Source: a candidate division FCPU426 bacterium
Lineage (GTDB): Bacteria > Oederibacteriota > Muellerivitia > Muellerivitales > Muellerivitaceae
Direction of reading: 5' to 3'
Length of the DNA: 64,000 nt
Assembly: GCA_963796105.1 (NCBI GenBank)
Contig: CAWCKJ010000012.1
Location: forward strand, 256,001 to 320,000
The notes under the pieces are model-generated. The model searched no databases and had not been told where the DNA came from. It saw nothing but the letters and a program-made list of their open reading frames with translations. Of the stretch, positions 47,898 to 58,441 are shown piece by piece; positions within the stretch are counted from its first letter, which is position 1, and each line of letters begins with the position of its first letter. A program made the position numbers and the translations under genes.

Positions 47898-49349
47898 TTA
47901 ATTGCTTAACTTTTTCCTTAAAACCTCGTTCACCATCTTGGGGTTAGCCTTGCCTTGGGTGGCCTGCATGACTTTCCCCACCAGGAACCCGATGACCCCT
48001 TGCTTCCCGCCTTTGTAGTCGGCGACCACGTTGGGATTCTCGGCGAGAACCTTGTCCACAGCCCGCTCGATGGCCTTGGGATCAGAAACCTGGGCCATGC
48101 CTCGGGATTTCACCACCTCGTTGGGCGAGGTCCCGTTGTTGAAAAGTTCCAGGAACACTTCCTTGGCCTGCTTGCTGTTAATGGCTCCCGCCTCAACCAG
48201 TTCCACCAATTCGCAAAGCTTCTTCTGGTCGAACTTCAGGTCCTTGAGTTCCTTCTCTTGTTCCTTCATTTGGGCGGCCATGTCCCCCATGATCCAGTTG
48301 GACAATCCCTTGGGACTCTTGGTCATCTTGGCCCCGGCCTCAAACCAGTCAGCCAATTCCTTTTCCCCGGTTAAAACCCCCGCGTCATAGTCAGGCAGGC
48401 CGTATTGGGAGACAAACCTGGCCCTTTTGGCTGTTGGCAGTTCGGGGAGTTGCTCTTTGATCTTTCGAACATAATCATCTGATAAAACGATGGGCACCTG
48501 GTCTGGTTCTGGGAAATACCGGTAATCATGCGCCTCTTCCTTGGAACGCATGGGTTTTGTCCGGTTCTCCGTCACGTCCCAAAGGCGGGATTCCTGCACG
48601 ACTCTTTCCCCTTTTTCCAAAAGGGCGATCTGGCGCTTGATTTCGTAATCAATGGCCTGCTTGGCGAACTTGAAGCTATTCATGTTCTTGATCTCGGCCT
48701 TGGTGCCGAATTCCTTGGAGCCTTTCGGCATCACTGAGACGTTGGCGTCGCAGCGAAGGGAACCCTCCTCCATGTTGCAGTCGGAAACCTCGATATAAAG
48801 AAGGATATTCTTGAGAGCCGTCAGGTAAGCATGGGCCTCCTCGGCGCTTCTGAGATCCGGTTCGGAAACGATTTCCACCAAGGGAATACCGCCTCGGTTG
48901 TAATCAGCTAAAGAATAATCCGAGGAATCCAACCGCCCGGCTTTGCCGCCCGCGTGAATCAACTTGCCGGCGTCCTCTTCCATATGGGCCCTAGTGATCC
49001 CTATCCTTTTCACGCCTTCCTTGGTAGTTATCTCGAGCGAGCCGCCGATATTGAGGGGTTTGTCGTATTGTGAAATCTGGTAGGCTTTGGGCAGGTCGGG
49101 ATAATAGTAGTTTTTGCGGTCCATCTTGGCGAACTTCGAAATCGTGCAGTTTAGGGCCTGGCCGATCTTGACCGCGAACTCCACGGCTTTCTCATTCATC
49201 ACAGGCAAGGTCCCAGGCAAGCCCAGGCAAACTGGGCAAACCTGCGTATTGGCCTCGTTGCCAAAGGTCGTGGCGCAACCGCAAAATAACTTTGTGGCGG
49301 TCTTTAGTTCGACGTGGACCTCAAGACCTATTACCGGCTCGTACTCCAT
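47898..49349 (-). CDS. gatB: Asp/Glu-tRNA amidotransferase subunit B
   Basis: IGLEVHVEL, YPDLPK.YQISQ, EEDAGK, RCDANVS, YRYFPEPD. Confidence 0.98.
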   Translation of the reverse strand: MEYEPVIGLEVHVELKTATKLFCGCATTFGNEANTQVCPVCLGLPGTLPVMNEKAVEFAVKIGQALNCTISKFAKMDRKNYYYPDLPKAYQISQYDKPLNIGGSLEITTKEGVKRIGITRAHMEEDAGKLIHAGGKAGRLDSSDYSLADYNRGGIPLVEIVSEPDLRSAEEAHAYLTALKNILLYIEVSDCNMEEGSLRCDANVSVMPKGSKEFGTKAEIKNMNSFKFAKQAIDYEIKRQIALLEKGERVVQESRLWDVTENRTKPMRSKEEAHDYRYFPEPDQVPIVLSDDYVRKIKEQLPELPTAKRARFVSQYGLPDYDAGVLTGEKELADWFEAGAKMTKSPKGLSNWIMGDMAAQMKEQEKELKDLKFDQKKLCELVELVEAGAINSKQAKEVFLELFNNGTSPNEVVKSRGMAQVSDPKAIERAVDKVLAENPNVVADYKGGKQGVIGFLVGKVMQATQGKANPKMVNEVLRKKLSN

Positions 49350-49373
49350 AACCTCTCCTAAAATTCAGTCGAG

Positions 49374-49478
49374 AATTCTCAATTTTAAATTCTTAATTTT
49401 GAATTTAGGAAAATTTCAATCCTTACTCCGGATTGAAATTAACATCAATTTAAAATTCAAAACTCAAAATTTATAATT
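49374..49478. repeat. AT-rich heptamer-armed palindromic element between gatA and gatB
   Basis: Perfect inner stem AATTTCAATCC (49412-22) / GGATTGAAATT (49430-40), flanked by AATTTT(a/g) and (t/c)AAAATT heptamer arms. Confidence 0.7.
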
Positions 49479-49480
49479 CG

Positions 49481-50950
49481 TCATCCTTCCTTCAAGGAAG
49501 GATGACGCAAGTGCCATTCCGTTGCCTGCTCGTAAGCGTAAGCGGTCCTAAACAACGTTCCCTCGTCAAAAGGTTTTCCGATCAACTGCAATCCGATAGG
49601 AAGATCACTCTTGGAAAACCCGCAGGGAATGGATAAGCCCGGCAGGCCTGTGATGTTGATGGAAACCGTGAAAACGTCCTCCAGGTACATGGTCAGAGGG
49701 TTGTCGGTTTTTTCCCCGAAACGAAACGCGGGGTTCGGGGCGGTTGGGGTGGCAATGACATCCACCTTCTCGAAAACCCTGTCGTAATCCTGCTTGATCA
49801 ACCGCCGGACCTTGAGGGCCTTCAGGTAATAGGCGTCGTAATAGCCCGAGGAAAGGGCGTAGGTTCCCAGCATGATGCGGCGTTTGACCTCGGGCCCGAA
49901 TCCGGCCGCCCTGGTCTTGGAATACATATCCACAATATTCTCGCCCGGTACCCGCAGGCCGTACCGGACGCCGTCGTAGCGGGCCAGGTTGGAGGACGCC
50001 TCGGAGGGCGCCAGAATGTAGTAAACAGCCAAGCCATAGGGCGCTGTAGGCAAGGAGACTTCCACGATCTGGGCTCCCTGCTTTTCAAGTTCCCCGATAG
50101 CCTTCCGAACAGCTTCGGCCACTTCCGGGTTCAAACCCTCGGAGGAAAAGAATTCCTTCGGCACCCCGATCTTCATGCCCTTGACGGGCTTTTTGGCTTC
50201 CGAAACATAGTCTGGAACCGGCACATTCGCCGAGGTGGAATCCTTGGGATCATGGCCCGCGATGGCGCCCAACATCAAGGCGCAATCCTCCACGTCCTTG
50301 CCGAAGGGGCCGACCTGGTCGAGGGAAGAAGCGAAAGCGATCAAACCGTATCGGGAAACCCGTCCATAGGTGGGTTTGAGGCCCACAATGCCGCATAGGG
50401 AGGCAGGTTGGCGAATGGAACCGCCAGTATCCGATCCCAGCGACGCGAAGGCCTGGTCAGCGGAGACACAAGCGGCGGACCCGCCGGAGGATCCCCCTGG
50501 GACGCAGTTCAAATTCCAGGGATTCTTTGTTTTTTTGAAATAAGAGGACTCGGTGGAAGAACCCATGGCAAATTCATCCATGTTGGTCTTTCCTACCGAT
50601 ACAGACCCCGCGGAGTAAAGCTTCTCGACCACCGTAGCGTTATAAGGGGGGACAAAGTTCTCAAGCATTTTGGAGGCGCAGGTCGTTCGAGTGCCCTTGG
50701 TGCAAAGCAGGTCCTTGATAGCGATAGGAACGCCCGTCAGGGGGGTCAGGTCCCGGCCCGAAGCTAAGCGTTTATCCGCTTCACCGGCCTGCTTCATAGC
50801 CTCATCCCGGGTTATGGTAATAAAGGCTTGAACCTTGGGCTCCACCTTTTCCAGGTGGTCCATGACGGTCTTGGTCAACTCGACCGAGGATATCTTCTTG
50901 GCCCTCAGGTCCGCCGAGATTTCATGAAGTGTTTTTTGGTACAGTTCCAT
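49481..50950 (-). CDS. gatA: Asp/Glu-tRNA amidotransferase subunit A
   Basis: [46 protein letters not shown]. Confidence 0.98.
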   Translation of the reverse strand: MELYQKTLHEISADLRAKKISSVELTKTVMDHLEKVEPKVQAFITITRDEAMKQAGEADKRLASGRDLTPLTGVPIAIKDLLCTKGTRTTCASKMLENFVPPYNATVVEKLYSAGSVSVGKTNMDEFAMGSSTESSYFKKTKNPWNLNCVPGGSSGGSAACVSADQAFASLGSDTGGSIRQPASLCGIVGLKPTYGRVSRYGLIAFASSLDQVGPFGKDVEDCALMLGAIAGHDPKDSTSANVPVPDYVSEAKKPVKGMKIGVPKEFFSSEGLNPEVAEAVRKAIGELEKQGAQIVEVSLPTAPYGLAVYYILAPSEASSNLARYDGVRYGLRVPGENIVDMYSKTRAAGFGPEVKRRIMLGTYALSSGYYDAYYLKALKVRRLIKQDYDRVFEKVDVIATPTAPNPAFRFGEKTDNPLTMYLEDVFTVSINITGLPGLSIPCGFSKSDLPIGLQLIGKPFDEGTLFRTAYAYEQATEWHLRHPSLKEG

Positions 50951-50969
50951 TTTTTCCTCAAACAACCCT

Positions 50970-51254
50970 TTACATTATTTTCGGTACTTTAAAATGCCCG
51001 GCTTGAATTTCCGGGCCATTGGACAACACCTCCGCTTGGGTCAAAGAGGGCTTTACTTCGTCAGGCCGGAACACGTTTTTCAAATCCAGCACATGGGCCA
51101 TGGGCTCCACGTTTGTGGTGTCGAGCTGGTTGAGCTGTTCTATGTAATTGAGGATATTCCCGAGCTGCTGGGTGTACTTGGCGGTTTCCGCCTCGGTCAC
51201 TTCCAGGCGGGACAATTTCGCCACGTATTGGACGTCTTTTTCGGATAAGGCCAC
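50970..51254 (-). CDS. gatC: Asp/Glu-tRNA amidotransferase subunit C
   Basis: [32 protein letters not shown]. Confidence 0.95.
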   Translation of the reverse strand: MALSEKDVQYVAKLSRLEVTEAETAKYTQQLGNILNYIEQLNQLDTTNVEPMAHVLDLKNVFRPDEVKPSLTQAEVLSNGPEIQAGHFKVPKIM

Positions 51255-51368
51255 TTGTTTCTCCTTTTCTTGAAAGGACGCTTATCTTCCCAAAAAGTGA
51301 AAAAATTTTCCAGCAAAGAGTGCCATGCCTATGTACAAAGCATCTGCGGTCTATTGATTTTTTTAACC

Positions 51369-51580
51369 TTCCCCCTCTGAAAGAGGGGGATAGAGGGGAA
51401 GTTAGCCTCTGGGTGTTACACAACAAAAGCTAATACCCCCTACCCCCCTTTTTCAAAGGGACTTATTTACTTCACTCCCGAAAGGCCGATATGCCCGCAA
51501 ATAAACAAAAAACGCCTGAAAAAAAGAAGGCAAAAGAAGGAAAAGGGAGTTAACTATATAAGCCCCTTTTCAAAGGGGGG
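51369..51580. repeat. REPIN/MITE-like element copy 2 with a duplicated right arm
   Basis: Arms match 33064-33161. CCCCTTTT(T)CAAAGGG occurs at ~51445 and again at 51563. Confidence 0.8.
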
Positions 51581-51606
51581 ATAACTTTGTAAACATCGAA
51601 TCAGAT

Positions 51607-51642
51607 AAGCACTTGCCGAACCTGAGTAAATCGCAGGTGCTT
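51607..51642. terminator. Hairpin downstream of pcrA
   Basis: AAGCACTTGC / GCAGGTGCTT; weak U-tract. Confidence 0.35.
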
Positions 51643-51740
51643 AGTACATAGGCATAAAGAGTGCTAATAAAATCCAGGGATTTCGGAAATTTGGAAGCTT
51701 TAAGGGACTACACCAGACCATAGATGGCGAGTTTTATCCT

Positions 51741-53942
51741 TTATTCGATTTTTTCCAGGTTCGCCAATTTGGCCAACAGCAATTTTTTACCGTGGTTGGG
51801 GAAAGACACTGTCACCTTCAGATTCTCACCCGATCCGGACAGGGAAATCACCATTCCCCTGCCGAATTTCTTGTGCTTGACCGTATCCCCCAAAGCGAAA
51901 GGGGATACCGGAGGCTCGTCGTCCCATTCGGGGTCCCTCAACTCGTCGAATTCCTTCTTGGTATTGGCCACCTCGTATAATCCGCCTTGGGTGGCCACGA
52001 TATGGGCCGCCTTGCCGGTAACCCGGATCATGTCCTTAGGGATCTCGGATAAGAACCGCGAGGGCGACCGCCACTGGGCGGTCCCATAGACGTATCGGCA
52101 GGCGGCCCCGGTCAGGTAAAGGATATCCATGGCGCGGGTCATGCCCACGTAGCAAAGACGCCTCTCCTCCTGGACTTCGTTGTCCTCCTCCATGGAATTG
52201 TTATGGGGGAATAAGCCCTCCTCCATGCCAGTGATGAAGACAATGGGAAATTCCAGCCCCTTGGCGTTGTGCATGGTCATGAGGGTCACGCAATTGGTCT
52301 TGTCCTCCAGCTTGTCCACGTCGGCGACCAGGGAAACCTGGTCCAGGTATCCCACCAGGGTAGGCGCCTCCGCGGACTTCTCATAATCCACTACCGAGTT
52401 CACCAATTCCTTGAGGTTCTCGGCTCGCATTTTGGATTCCAGGGTGTCATCCGCCGCCAGGTCCGTCAGGTACCCGGAGCGCTCTAGGACCATCTTCACG
52501 AATTCCGAGGGCTTGACCAGGTCCCGTTCCGCGATCAAGGCGTCCATCATCGCCACAAAGTTGCCCAGCGCCTGGGTAGCTTTCTTTGGGAATTCGCCGT
52601 TCGCGGCGGCCTGCCTGGCCGCCTCCAACAAGGTGATGTCCTGCCTCTTGGCGTTCTCTTCCAGTTTATTCACGGTCCCGCCGCCAATTCCCCGGATGGG
52701 AACGTTGATCATCCGCCTCAAGGAAACCGAGTCCTGGGGATTCACCAAGACATGCAGGTAGGCCAGCATGTCCTTGATTTCCTTGCGGTCATAGAACTTG
52801 AGGCCCCCCACAATGATGTAGGGAATATTGTGCCTCCGGCAGGCGTCCTCCAAAACCCGGGATTGGGCGTTGGTGCGGTATAACAGGGCCACATGCCGGA
52901 ATTTTCTGCCGGGCTGGCCTAGGCGCTCATAGAGGGTCTTGACCACGAACTCGGCCTCATCCTTGTCATCCTCGGCCTGGTAATAAATGGGCAGTTCCCC
53001 CAGTTCCCGGAGGGAGAAAAGCTCCTTTTCCTTGCGCTGCGAGTTGTTGCGGATCACCGCCTGGGCCGCCTGGATAATGGACTTGGTGGAACGGTAGTTC
53101 TGCTGGAGCTTGAAGACCCTGGCCCCCGGGAAATCATGCTCGAATTTGAGGATGTTGCGGATATCCGCCCCCCTCCAGCCGTAGATGGACTGGTCCGGGT
53201 CCCCCACCACGCAGAGGTTGTTCAGGGGATGGGCTATCATGGAAATCAGCTGGTATTGGGCGGTATTGATGTCCTGGTACTCGTCCACCAGGACATACTC
53301 GAACCTTTTGCGGTATCCCTCCAAAATTTCCGGGTATTTCTGGAGGAGTAGCACCGCGTTGAAAAGAAGATCGTCAAAATCCATGGCGTTGTTTTCCTTG
53401 AGCTTCTCCTGGTACCGGGGATAAATCATGGATACCCGCTCCATGAAAACACCCGCCGCCATTTCCTCGTACTCTTTCGGGTTTTTCAGCTCGTTCTTGG
53501 CTGCGCTTAGGAAAGAATGCACGGCATAGGGATGGACTTGTTTCTCATCCCATTTCAGGTCCCAAAGGCATTCCTTGATGAGCGCCTTTTGATCCGAGTC
53601 GTCATAGATGGTGAACCCTGGCTTATAGCCCAGCTTATCCGCGTGAAGTTTAAGGATTTGAAGGCAAAGGCGGTGGAATGTGCCGATGAAAAGCTCCCAG
53701 GTCTTTTGATTCCCCGCCATATTGGCCACGCGGTTCTTCATTTCCTGGGCGGCTTTATTGGTAAAGGTGACCGCGAGGATCCGGAAAGGCGAAACCTTCA
53801 AATCCTCGATTAATCGGATGATGCGATAAGTGATAACGCGGGTTTTTCCAGAGCCTGCTCCCGCCAGGATCAGGGCGGGGCCGGCGTTATGGAGGACCGC
53901 TTCCCGCTGTTCATCGTTTAATTCGTTGTAAGCCCTTTTCAA
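51741..53942 (-). CDS. pcrA: ATP-dependent DNA helicase PcrA/UvrD
   Basis: AGAGSGKT, TFTNKAA, VDEYQD, VGDPDQSIY, QNYRS, KGLEF, EERRL.YV, C-terminal Tudor-like domain. Confidence 0.96.
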   Translation of the reverse strand: MKRAYNELNDEQREAVLHNAGPALILAGAGSGKTRVITYRIIRLIEDLKVSPFRILAVTFTNKAAQEMKNRVANMAGNQKTWELFIGTFHRLCLQILKLHADKLGYKPGFTIYDDSDQKALIKECLWDLKWDEKQVHPYAVHSFLSAAKNELKNPKEYEEMAAGVFMERVSMIYPRYQEKLKENNAMDFDDLLFNAVLLLQKYPEILEGYRKRFEYVLVDEYQDINTAQYQLISMIAHPLNNLCVVGDPDQSIYGWRGADIRNILKFEHDFPGARVFKLQQNYRSTKSIIQAAQAVIRNNSQRKEKELFSLRELGELPIYYQAEDDKDEAEFVVKTLYERLGQPGRKFRHVALLYRTNAQSRVLEDACRRHNIPYIIVGGLKFYDRKEIKDMLAYLHVLVNPQDSVSLRRMINVPIRGIGGGTVNKLEENAKRQDITLLEAARQAAANGEFPKKATQALGNFVAMMDALIAERDLVKPSEFVKMVLERSGYLTDLAADDTLESKMRAENLKELVNSVVDYEKSAEAPTLVGYLDQVSLVADVDKLEDKTNCVTLMTMHNAKGLEFPIVFITGMEEGLFPHNNSMEEDNEVQEERRLCYVGMTRAMDILYLTGAACRYVYGTAQWRSPSRFLSEIPKDMIRVTGKAAHIVATQGGLYEVANTKKEFDELRDPEWDDEPPVSPFALGDTVKHKKFGRGMVISLSGSGENLKVTVSFPNHGKKLLLAKLANLEKIE

Positions 53943-53983
53943 ACTTTACCCTTTTTCCGCCATTTTTTTACGTAAGGACACAC

Positions 53984-54185
53984 CTGTCCAAAATAGACTT
54001 TAGCCACAGATGCATGGGATACATGGGATTTAAAAAACATAAGTTTAAAGCCTTTTTTCTATATTCTATCCAAGTGCATCCCCTGAATCCGTGGCAAAGG
54101 GCTTGGTTTTGCTTAACGCCTTTTAGAATTTAAAATATCTGATTTTATTTATCTTTGTTCCTTGGTTTGTGTTTAATTTGGACGG
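53984..54185. mobile_element. MITE-like element copy 2 (no nested insert)
   Basis: Ends CTGTCCAAAATAGAC / GTTTAATTTGGACGG form an imperfect TIR; homologous to 38985-39265. Confidence 0.75.
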
Positions 54186-54376
54186 CAATGACGTAAAGAA
54201 TGAAAACTAAAGGAGCAAAGGTACCACAATTCATACTATGGAAAATATATTAGTGATGCCCTCATGTCTGAATTTTTCAAAATTTCCCTTTTGAAAAGGA
54301 TGAGATAATACACCCCCTTCAATCCTAAAAGCCAATCCGCCGGTAAAAACAATCAGTTCGAATTATCCATAGAAAT

Positions 54377-54411
54377 AAAAAAATCCCACGGATGATGGCG
54401 CCGTGAGATTT
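54377..54411 (-). terminator. Probable terminator of the PilZ gene
   Basis: AAATCCCACGG / CCGTGAGATTT plus a U-tract on the minus strand. Confidence 0.6.
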
Positions 54412-54440
54412 AGATTTCAAGACTAAGCCAGCCGGGATGA

Positions 54441-54803
54441 CTACTCTTTCATGTTTTTTGAGACAAGACCCCGAATGGCATTCCGGACTTCTTCATCCAA
54501 TAAGAGGAACTGGAGTCCGCAAAGGCCTTGGGCCTTCCAGATCAGCTTTCCATATAGATCCAGGCTCTTATCCTTAAAATCGATTTTTAACTTCAGGATG
54601 GAAGGAGGATTGTGGTTATCGCTTAATTCAAGACGGATCCCCCCCTCGCTGATATTCAGGGATTGGACCGTATGGGGCAAATCGTTCACTTCAAAGACAT
54701 TCCCGGATTTGGACTCCAATACATCGTGGACAGTGATTTTCTCGTGAAACTTCACTCGGGTGTGTTTGCGCCGCTCGGATTTATCGGGGTTTAGGTTAAC
54801 CAA
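54441..54803 (-). CDS. Stand-alone PilZ-domain protein
   Basis: ERRKHTR (RxxxR), NISEGG (D/NxSxxG), GLQF. Confidence 0.9.
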   Translation of the reverse strand: MVNLNPDKSERRKHTRVKFHEKITVHDVLESKSGNVFEVNDLPHTVQSLNISEGGIRLELSDNHNPPSILKLKIDFKDKSLDLYGKLIWKAQGLCGLQFLLLDEEVRNAIRGLVSKNMKE

Positions 54804-54939
54804 GACAATTCCTTTTGGATGTACTTGGTTAAACGGTAAAACAAAGGGGAAGATACTGTCAAGTAAAACCTAAAACGTTTTAAAAAAATCAAAATATTCA
54901 ATTAATTTGACGAGCCGTTTATCTAAAAGGAATCGCTGA

Positions 54940-57099
54940 TTATTTTTTATAAATTTCAAGGTATGCCGACTGGGGAACCCAGGATAAAACCAGATTCTGT
55001 CCTTTCCAATGATAAGGAACCTTTATTTTTAAGGGCCTGCCGTCAATATCCAGAGCTCTTACCTTCAGCCTGGCATCACTTTTGAACCGGTACAAGACAA
55101 ACTTTGCATTGAGGGGTTCCATCAATACCGGCTCATGGCCCAGGTTCAGAACCTTGGTCTTGGCTTTGTTGTAAACCATTCCGGTGTTTTCCACACGGGT
55201 CATCCCCGATAAAAGGATGTGGTCAGACAATGATATCCCCTTGGACGTTAAGGAAATCATGGCAATGGAGGCGTAGGCATTGGGAGTTTCCAAGGCCCAA
55301 TAGGCATTGTTGAACTTGCGGTGACCCAGAAACCCGGCCAAGGCCTGAAACCGGGGGGACTCCACCTTCACGACACCCACATTCCCCTTCCAGGTGATCT
55401 GGCCCGTATCCGATACGAAGGTTTTCAATTGCGGTTGAATCTTGGCTTTCAAGCCTCCAACCGCGTCGGTAGTAAATGTTGGATTTCCATTATTCATTCC
55501 GGATTTGTGGGCCAATGCTTTTAACGCCGAGGATAAATCCATCATGGGCGTGGATTTGGCCTCGGCCAGAACGTTAACTTTGCCTTCTTTCAAATCGCCC
55601 CGCAAAAAAGCCAAGGAAGCCAAAGGCCATTGGGTCCAAAGCTGGAGTTTGTTTAATAGATCAAAATCCGCGGTCATTATCCCTGAGTCTAAACCTGAGA
55701 TTTCGCCCTCAGCGCCCGCAGCCCAACCCTGGAAAACTGAAAATGCCGAATGGATGATCGGCAAGCCGGATAGGTATTCATTCGGCCAGGACGCGTTTAT
55801 AATCGCGCCAAAAGGTTTTCCCAATTGGTTTTGCAGGACCATTCCGAGGATGGGGTTTGTTTCGGGTTGGGTCACCATGGGAGTATCATCCATCCGAATC
55901 ACGGTCCCGCCTGAGGAGTAAACAGGCTCACTTTTAACATTCCCCAGAACCAACAATTCCTCCGGAACAATGGCCGCATCGGTAATGGAATTTACAGGGG
56001 CGAGAGTAGGCTCAGCCCCTGCCAGGGATACCCGTTTTAAAGTGAGGTATATCCCTTTTGATTTAAATAGGCCCAACAATAAACTCAACGCCTTGTTATC
56101 TTCCTGACTGGGCGCTTTTGGCCAATCCAAGACGGCCCAATTACAGCCGGCTGAGGCCAGCCGGAGAACCAATCCGGAAAGCTGGGTTTCAGTCAGGGAA
56201 GGCCAGGAAGACGCCAATTCCACGCCCCAAAACCTGGCGGGTGTGCCGTCTTCGAAAACCAATTCCCCGCCCTTTGATTGAACAGCCCCATGCTTGCCAG
56301 CCGGGGCGTCCAGAAGAAAACTCATATCTATCGCGGATCCCGCCAGGGGTTCAGAAGCCTGTCCTATCGTGATCCAGCCGGTGGTATCGGTCTGGATTGT
56401 TTTTTCGGGTTTGGGGGAATCAGGGGACACGGCGGTTTCCGAGTCGGCGGCGGTGATTGCCAGCAAAATAGGCACCGGCATCCTGGAGCGGGATTTAAAC
56501 AGGATGGATTGGATGGCTACATCCGGCCTTGGGTTCACCCAGGGAAAAAGTCCCACCCCCATCTCAGCGTTTTTGTATTTATGCCACCAGGCCAGGTCAT
56601 TTTTCGGGGTGTCGTCGGCGCCCCAAAAGTTGGTCAATTCCATGCCCACCTTCATGGGGACCGTGACGGAGAGCCCGTCCTGGTATAGGACATCGTACTC
56701 TGCCACCACGATGTCGGAAGCGGTCCCGCCCCAACGGCAGGTTTGGAGGAAAAACAGCTCCTTGACCTTGAGATCACCCGCCGGCAGGAGGACTCCTTCC
56801 GGAAAGGCCGGCTTGTTCCTGCCCTTGAGAACCACGAATGAGCGTCCGTTGTTCTTGGAAGGGTCTAAGATCTCAAATGGAATGCCCCTGAGGGTTTGGG
56901 AACCAACCGGCAGGTCCTTCAAGGCGTTCTTTTCGGCTGTGGTTTGAACCCCTGGGACGGCCTCATCGAAAGACTCGTCGGGTCCCATGTTGGCGGCCTT
57001 GGACAAGTCTAAGAAACGAAACCCGGCCTGCAGGGGGCCAGCGGACGCCCAGGCCCAGAACAATGCCGTCAAAATCTTGAACAAAAGCTTTCGGGACAT
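54940..57099 (-). CDS. Secreted carbohydrate-binding / degenerate glycoside-hydrolase-like protein
   Basis: Signal peptide; N-terminal beta domain (GIPFEILDP, VAEYDVLYQDG, WVNPRPD); FLLDAPAGKHG..FEDGTPARFWGV; C-terminal SDTGQITW beta domain. Confidence 0.65.
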   Translation of the reverse strand: MSRKLLFKILTALFWAWASAGPLQAGFRFLDLSKAANMGPDESFDEAVPGVQTTAEKNALKDLPVGSQTLRGIPFEILDPSKNNGRSFVVLKGRNKPAFPEGVLLPAGDLKVKELFFLQTCRWGGTASDIVVAEYDVLYQDGLSVTVPMKVGMELTNFWGADDTPKNDLAWWHKYKNAEMGVGLFPWVNPRPDVAIQSILFKSRSRMPVPILLAITAADSETAVSPDSPKPEKTIQTDTTGWITIGQASEPLAGSAIDMSFLLDAPAGKHGAVQSKGGELVFEDGTPARFWGVELASSWPSLTETQLSGLVLRLASAGCNWAVLDWPKAPSQEDNKALSLLLGLFKSKGIYLTLKRVSLAGAEPTLAPVNSITDAAIVPEELLVLGNVKSEPVYSSGGTVIRMDDTPMVTQPETNPILGMVLQNQLGKPFGAIINASWPNEYLSGLPIIHSAFSVFQGWAAGAEGEISGLDSGIMTADFDLLNKLQLWTQWPLASLAFLRGDLKEGKVNVLAEAKSTPMMDLSSALKALAHKSGMNNGNPTFTTDAVGGLKAKIQPQLKTFVSDTGQITWKGNVGVVKVESPRFQALAGFLGHRKFNNAYWALETPNAYASIAMISLTSKGISLSDHILLSGMTRVENTGMVYNKAKTKVLNLGHEPVLMEPLNAKFVLYRFKSDARLKVRALDIDGRPLKIKVPYHWKGQNLVLSWVPQSAYLEIYKK

Positions 57100-57103
57100 G
57101 ATC

Positions 57104-57826
57104 TCAGGGATGCTTTTTCGAGCGGTAGTAATCGGCGACAATCTTCACAGCTTCTTCCGGCTTGTCGGCCAAATGGAAAATATCCAGGTCCTCCGGGTTG
57201 ACGTATCGATTCTCCTTGAGAACGACATCCTTGATCCATTGGATGGCTCCGCCCCAGAATTCCCGGCCCATCAGGATGATGGGGAAAGGGTCGATCTTAT
57301 GGGTCTGCACCAGCGTCAAGGTCTCGAATAGCTCGTCCATGGTCCCAAACCCGCCTGGAAGGACCACCACCGCCGAGGTATAGCGCAGGAACATGACTTT
57401 GCGGATGAAGAAATAATGGAAGTTGATGGGCAGGTTGACGTAGGGGTTTGATTTCTGCTCGAACGGCAGTTCGATGTTGCATCCCACTGATTTCCCCCCC
57501 GCTTCCAGAGCGCCACGGTTCGCCGCCTCCATGATACCCGGCCCCCCGCCCGTGATGACGGTGTAGCCTTTTTTGGAAAGCCTCCTGGAAATTTCCCGGG
57601 CCAGCTCGTATTCCCTGGACCCCACCTGGGTCCTGGCGGAGCCGAATACCGTGATGGCGGGCCTGACTCCCCTCAAATTCTCGAAGCCCTCGAAAAACTC
57701 CGCCATGATCCGGAACATGCGCCAAGCGTCCTGTTCCTTGAACTCATTGGCGATGTTGGGATTCATCCCGGCGGGATAGACGCCTGGGATTTTCTTGTGG
57801 TTTTTTTTCGCGGTCTTCTTCGGCAT
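57104..57826 (-). CDS. LOG-family Rossmann-fold protein (TIGR00730-like)
   Basis: FGSAR, TGGGPGIMEAANRGA, FFIRK, PGGFGTMDE. Confidence 0.93.
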   Translation of the reverse strand: MPKKTAKKNHKKIPGVYPAGMNPNIANEFKEQDAWRMFRIMAEFFEGFENLRGVRPAITVFGSARTQVGSREYELAREISRRLSKKGYTVITGGGPGIMEAANRGALEAGGKSVGCNIELPFEQKSNPYVNLPINFHYFFIRKVMFLRYTSAVVVLPGGFGTMDELFETLTLVQTHKIDPFPIILMGREFWGGAIQWIKDVVLKENRYVNPEDLDIFHLADKPEEAVKIVADYYRSKKHP

Positions 57827-57847
57827 GGATTCTCCTCTCTATTTCGT

Positions 57848-58285
57848 CTATCGAATCACGGCTTCCGGTTTATCCAAGCTGGCGTCCCGGATTCTTCCGG
57901 CATGGTCCGTGATCATTTCAGGCAGATCACTGATGTTGAAATAGCGCGCTTCGCTGGTCTCATCGCTGGCGGTGAGATTCCCTCCCGTGGCCCGGCAAAG
58001 GAAAGATACCCTAACCGTGTGCCACTCGGGCCCCTGCCGGATATGGAGAGAGTTCCCGGGATCGGAGTAAACCCCTACAAGCCTCACCACTTCCGCCTCC
58101 AAACCCGTCTCTTCCCGCAGTTCCCTTAAACAAGCCTCCGAGAGGGTTTCCCCGAGTTCCACATGCCCCCCTGGGATGCACCAGAGGCCATTATCCGTTC
58201 TTTTGGCTAAAAGCACCTCGTTTTTTCCCTTGAGCACAATGGCATTAACGGCGAGCTTGGGGGAAGTGAGGGGTTTATGGGGCAT
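57848..58285 (-). CDS. NUDIX hydrolase
   Basis: Nudix box GGHVELGETLSEACLRELREETG. Confidence 0.92.
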   Translation of the reverse strand: MPHKPLTSPKLAVNAIVLKGKNEVLLAKRTDNGLWCIPGGHVELGETLSEACLRELREETGLEAEVVRLVGVYSDPGNSLHIRQGPEWHTVRVSFLCRATGGNLTASDETSEARYFNISDLPEMITDHAGRIRDASLDKPEAVIR

Positions 58286-58377
58286 CCATGACTCCGAATC
58301 CTCCTGGATCAACCGCCTTTATTTAAAAGCGGGCCGATTGATCCGAAAAAGGCGCGAACGACTGCATTGTCCTGAAA

Positions 58378-58409
58378 CAAAAAATCCCGCGCCCATAAGG
58401 ACGCGGGAT
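58378..58409 (-). terminator. Terminator of rplM-rpsI
   Basis: ATCCCGCG / CGCGGGAT followed by a U-tract on the minus strand. Confidence 0.8.
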
Positions 58410-58441
58410 GGAGAATCAATTGAGTTCGTTCCCGGTGAATA

